DNA of 64,000 nucleotides from Sphagnum compactum (Eukaryota): NCBI GenBank assembly GCA_965153455.1, contig OZ234493.1, positions 21,504,213 to 21,568,212 of the forward strand, read 5' to 3'. Shown piece by piece: positions 62,481 to 64,000 of this stretch (position 1 is its first letter; each line of letters starts with the position of its first letter). The notes under the pieces were generated by a model. It saw only the letters and a program-made list of their open reading frames with translations, ran no database searches and was not told where the DNA came from. The position numbers and the translations under genes were made by a program.

Positions 62481-63539
62481 CAAAAAGACATTATTATCAA
62501 AAATTATTCATAGAATGATCGATTTTTAGATTAAAAATATATATATATATATAACTTGTTGACCAAAAAAAAATAGATCCTCAAAATTTATTGCCTAAGT
62601 TGACTAGTCAAATGATCCATTGCTCAAATAGTTCAAAACACCCACCAATCAAGAAATATTATACAAGAAAGATTCAAAAGACCTAAAAAAATAATATCAA
62701 TATTATGAAATTGATTAGATGTCTATCCTAAAACTTGAATCAATGGGCTGTTGAAAGCTCCTACAATTTGCTTTGCCATGAATGAATGGAAGATCTAACT
62801 AAAGAATACATTGTAGCACAAAATTCAAGAGCTATTGAAACTATCGAGCTTTGTGCATGTAAAGCGAAAAACTAGACTTCTATAGAAAACCTCAATGGGA
62901 GGTTTTTCAAGATGAAAATGAATGTAAATTAATGTAAAAACTCCAAGAAAATGATGAGCTAGTGAGAGCCCCACAATCTACCATGTCATTGAATGAATAG
63001 AAGATCTATCTATTTGCTGTGCACCTTGCATGTAACATTCAAAGATCAAAAATCTCTCGTTGTATTAAACATATTATCCAACAATTATTTTGTGAGTTAC
63101 ATTGATTAATTGAAATTTGATACACAATATTATTAATTACAATCCAATGTCTGTCTTAGATTAATACGCATACAAATCTTTCATGTTTTATATTTGAAAT
63201 GAGTTCGTGGATTTACTTGTATGTAATTTATCATGTGTTGATGAAAGTTGGAGTGATGTCAGTTGTTCATGCTTTGCCAACCCAAGGATCTACATCCCAT
63301 ATGGTGCAATTGCTAACAACTTGGATGGACAAGTAGGATATGTATACATGTTTGTTGTCATCATTTAATACTGAATGGGCCACAACCTTCCTCTTCGTTT
63401 GTTTTTGTCATTGTTAAGAGATTTTGAGATTGCACCACCTAAAATCATTTAAACCAACAGAAAGCTAACAAGCCAAAATGATCTTGCAAAGCCAGATGTA
63501 CAAATTACAAAAACAATTACTAAACCCTAAAACATTCTG

Positions 63540-64000
63540 CAACCATTGGTATTGAAGTCATTGAGGTTCATAGTGTGTTGGATGTGTTCTAGAGATTGAG
63601 AGAAGCCCAAGGTGTTCTGATGAAATTTGTGTGAAGTTGATTTTTTGACTACTACTTATGTGCCACTCCTACTTGTGGAGTTCAATGGCAATGTTGTTTT
63701 GAGCTACCACTGATATAACCATTTGTATCACCTAGTTCAATTCTTTCTACATGCCTTGCAATAAACCAAAATCTGAATAACTAGAGGATCATAAGAGAGG
63801 ACAATAGGAAGAATGCTCTGCAACAACTGCACACACATACTTCCACAAAACTTCAAACATCAGCTTTTCTCACAAAGTGGTTGAATAATGTTGTCATCAC
63901 TTCTTGCCATGCTGCCCATGCTTGGTAATTTTGTGGTCTTGGGCAGCAGATTGCTGGAAGACCAAAAGTTCAAGGTTTTGCATTACCATCACACAACCTT
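63540..64000 (-). pseudogene. Protein kinase pseudogene fragment (subdomains VIII-XI), running off the window edge
   Basis: On minus, across frameshifts: (N)LELL (APE-like), KADV*SF, GSMCVQLLQSILP, NFIRTPWAS...HPT (CW...RP-like). Confidence 0.45.

Overview
AT-rich, repeat-dense eukaryotic (plant) genomic DNA. The gene types and repeat families suggest a bryophyte such as Sphagnum, but this is inference only. Two intact protein-coding genes are supported. (1) An intronless 517-aa ORF (17501-19054, +) of unknown function. Its C-terminal half has the sequence signature of a leukocidin/alpha-hemolysin/Vibrio-cytolysin-type beta-pore-forming domain. (2) A two-exon AGCVIII (AGC2/OXI1-UNICORN-like) Ser/Thr kinase (32307-34115, -). 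The first 25 kb is an old tandem segmental triplication around gene 1. Unit A (373-1295) is only the 3' flank. Unit B (3800-11482) has lost the ORF by a ~3.4-kb deletion but kept a promoter/first-exon-like segment. Unit C (13345-25455) kept the ORF but lost that segment. The rest of the window holds a full-length degenerate Ty3/gypsy element with a perfect AGATT TSD (22291-30604), a dead hAT transposon inside a three-element nest (40824-44739), and many non-autonomous Helitrons and MITEs. It also holds a 788-bp TIR element with a 4-bp TSD, a 48-bp minisatellite, a heavily decayed LRR-Roc-COR (TORNADO1-like) pseudogene and a kinase pseudogene fragment at the right edge. All homology calls were made by eye from remembered family motifs; no searches were run.
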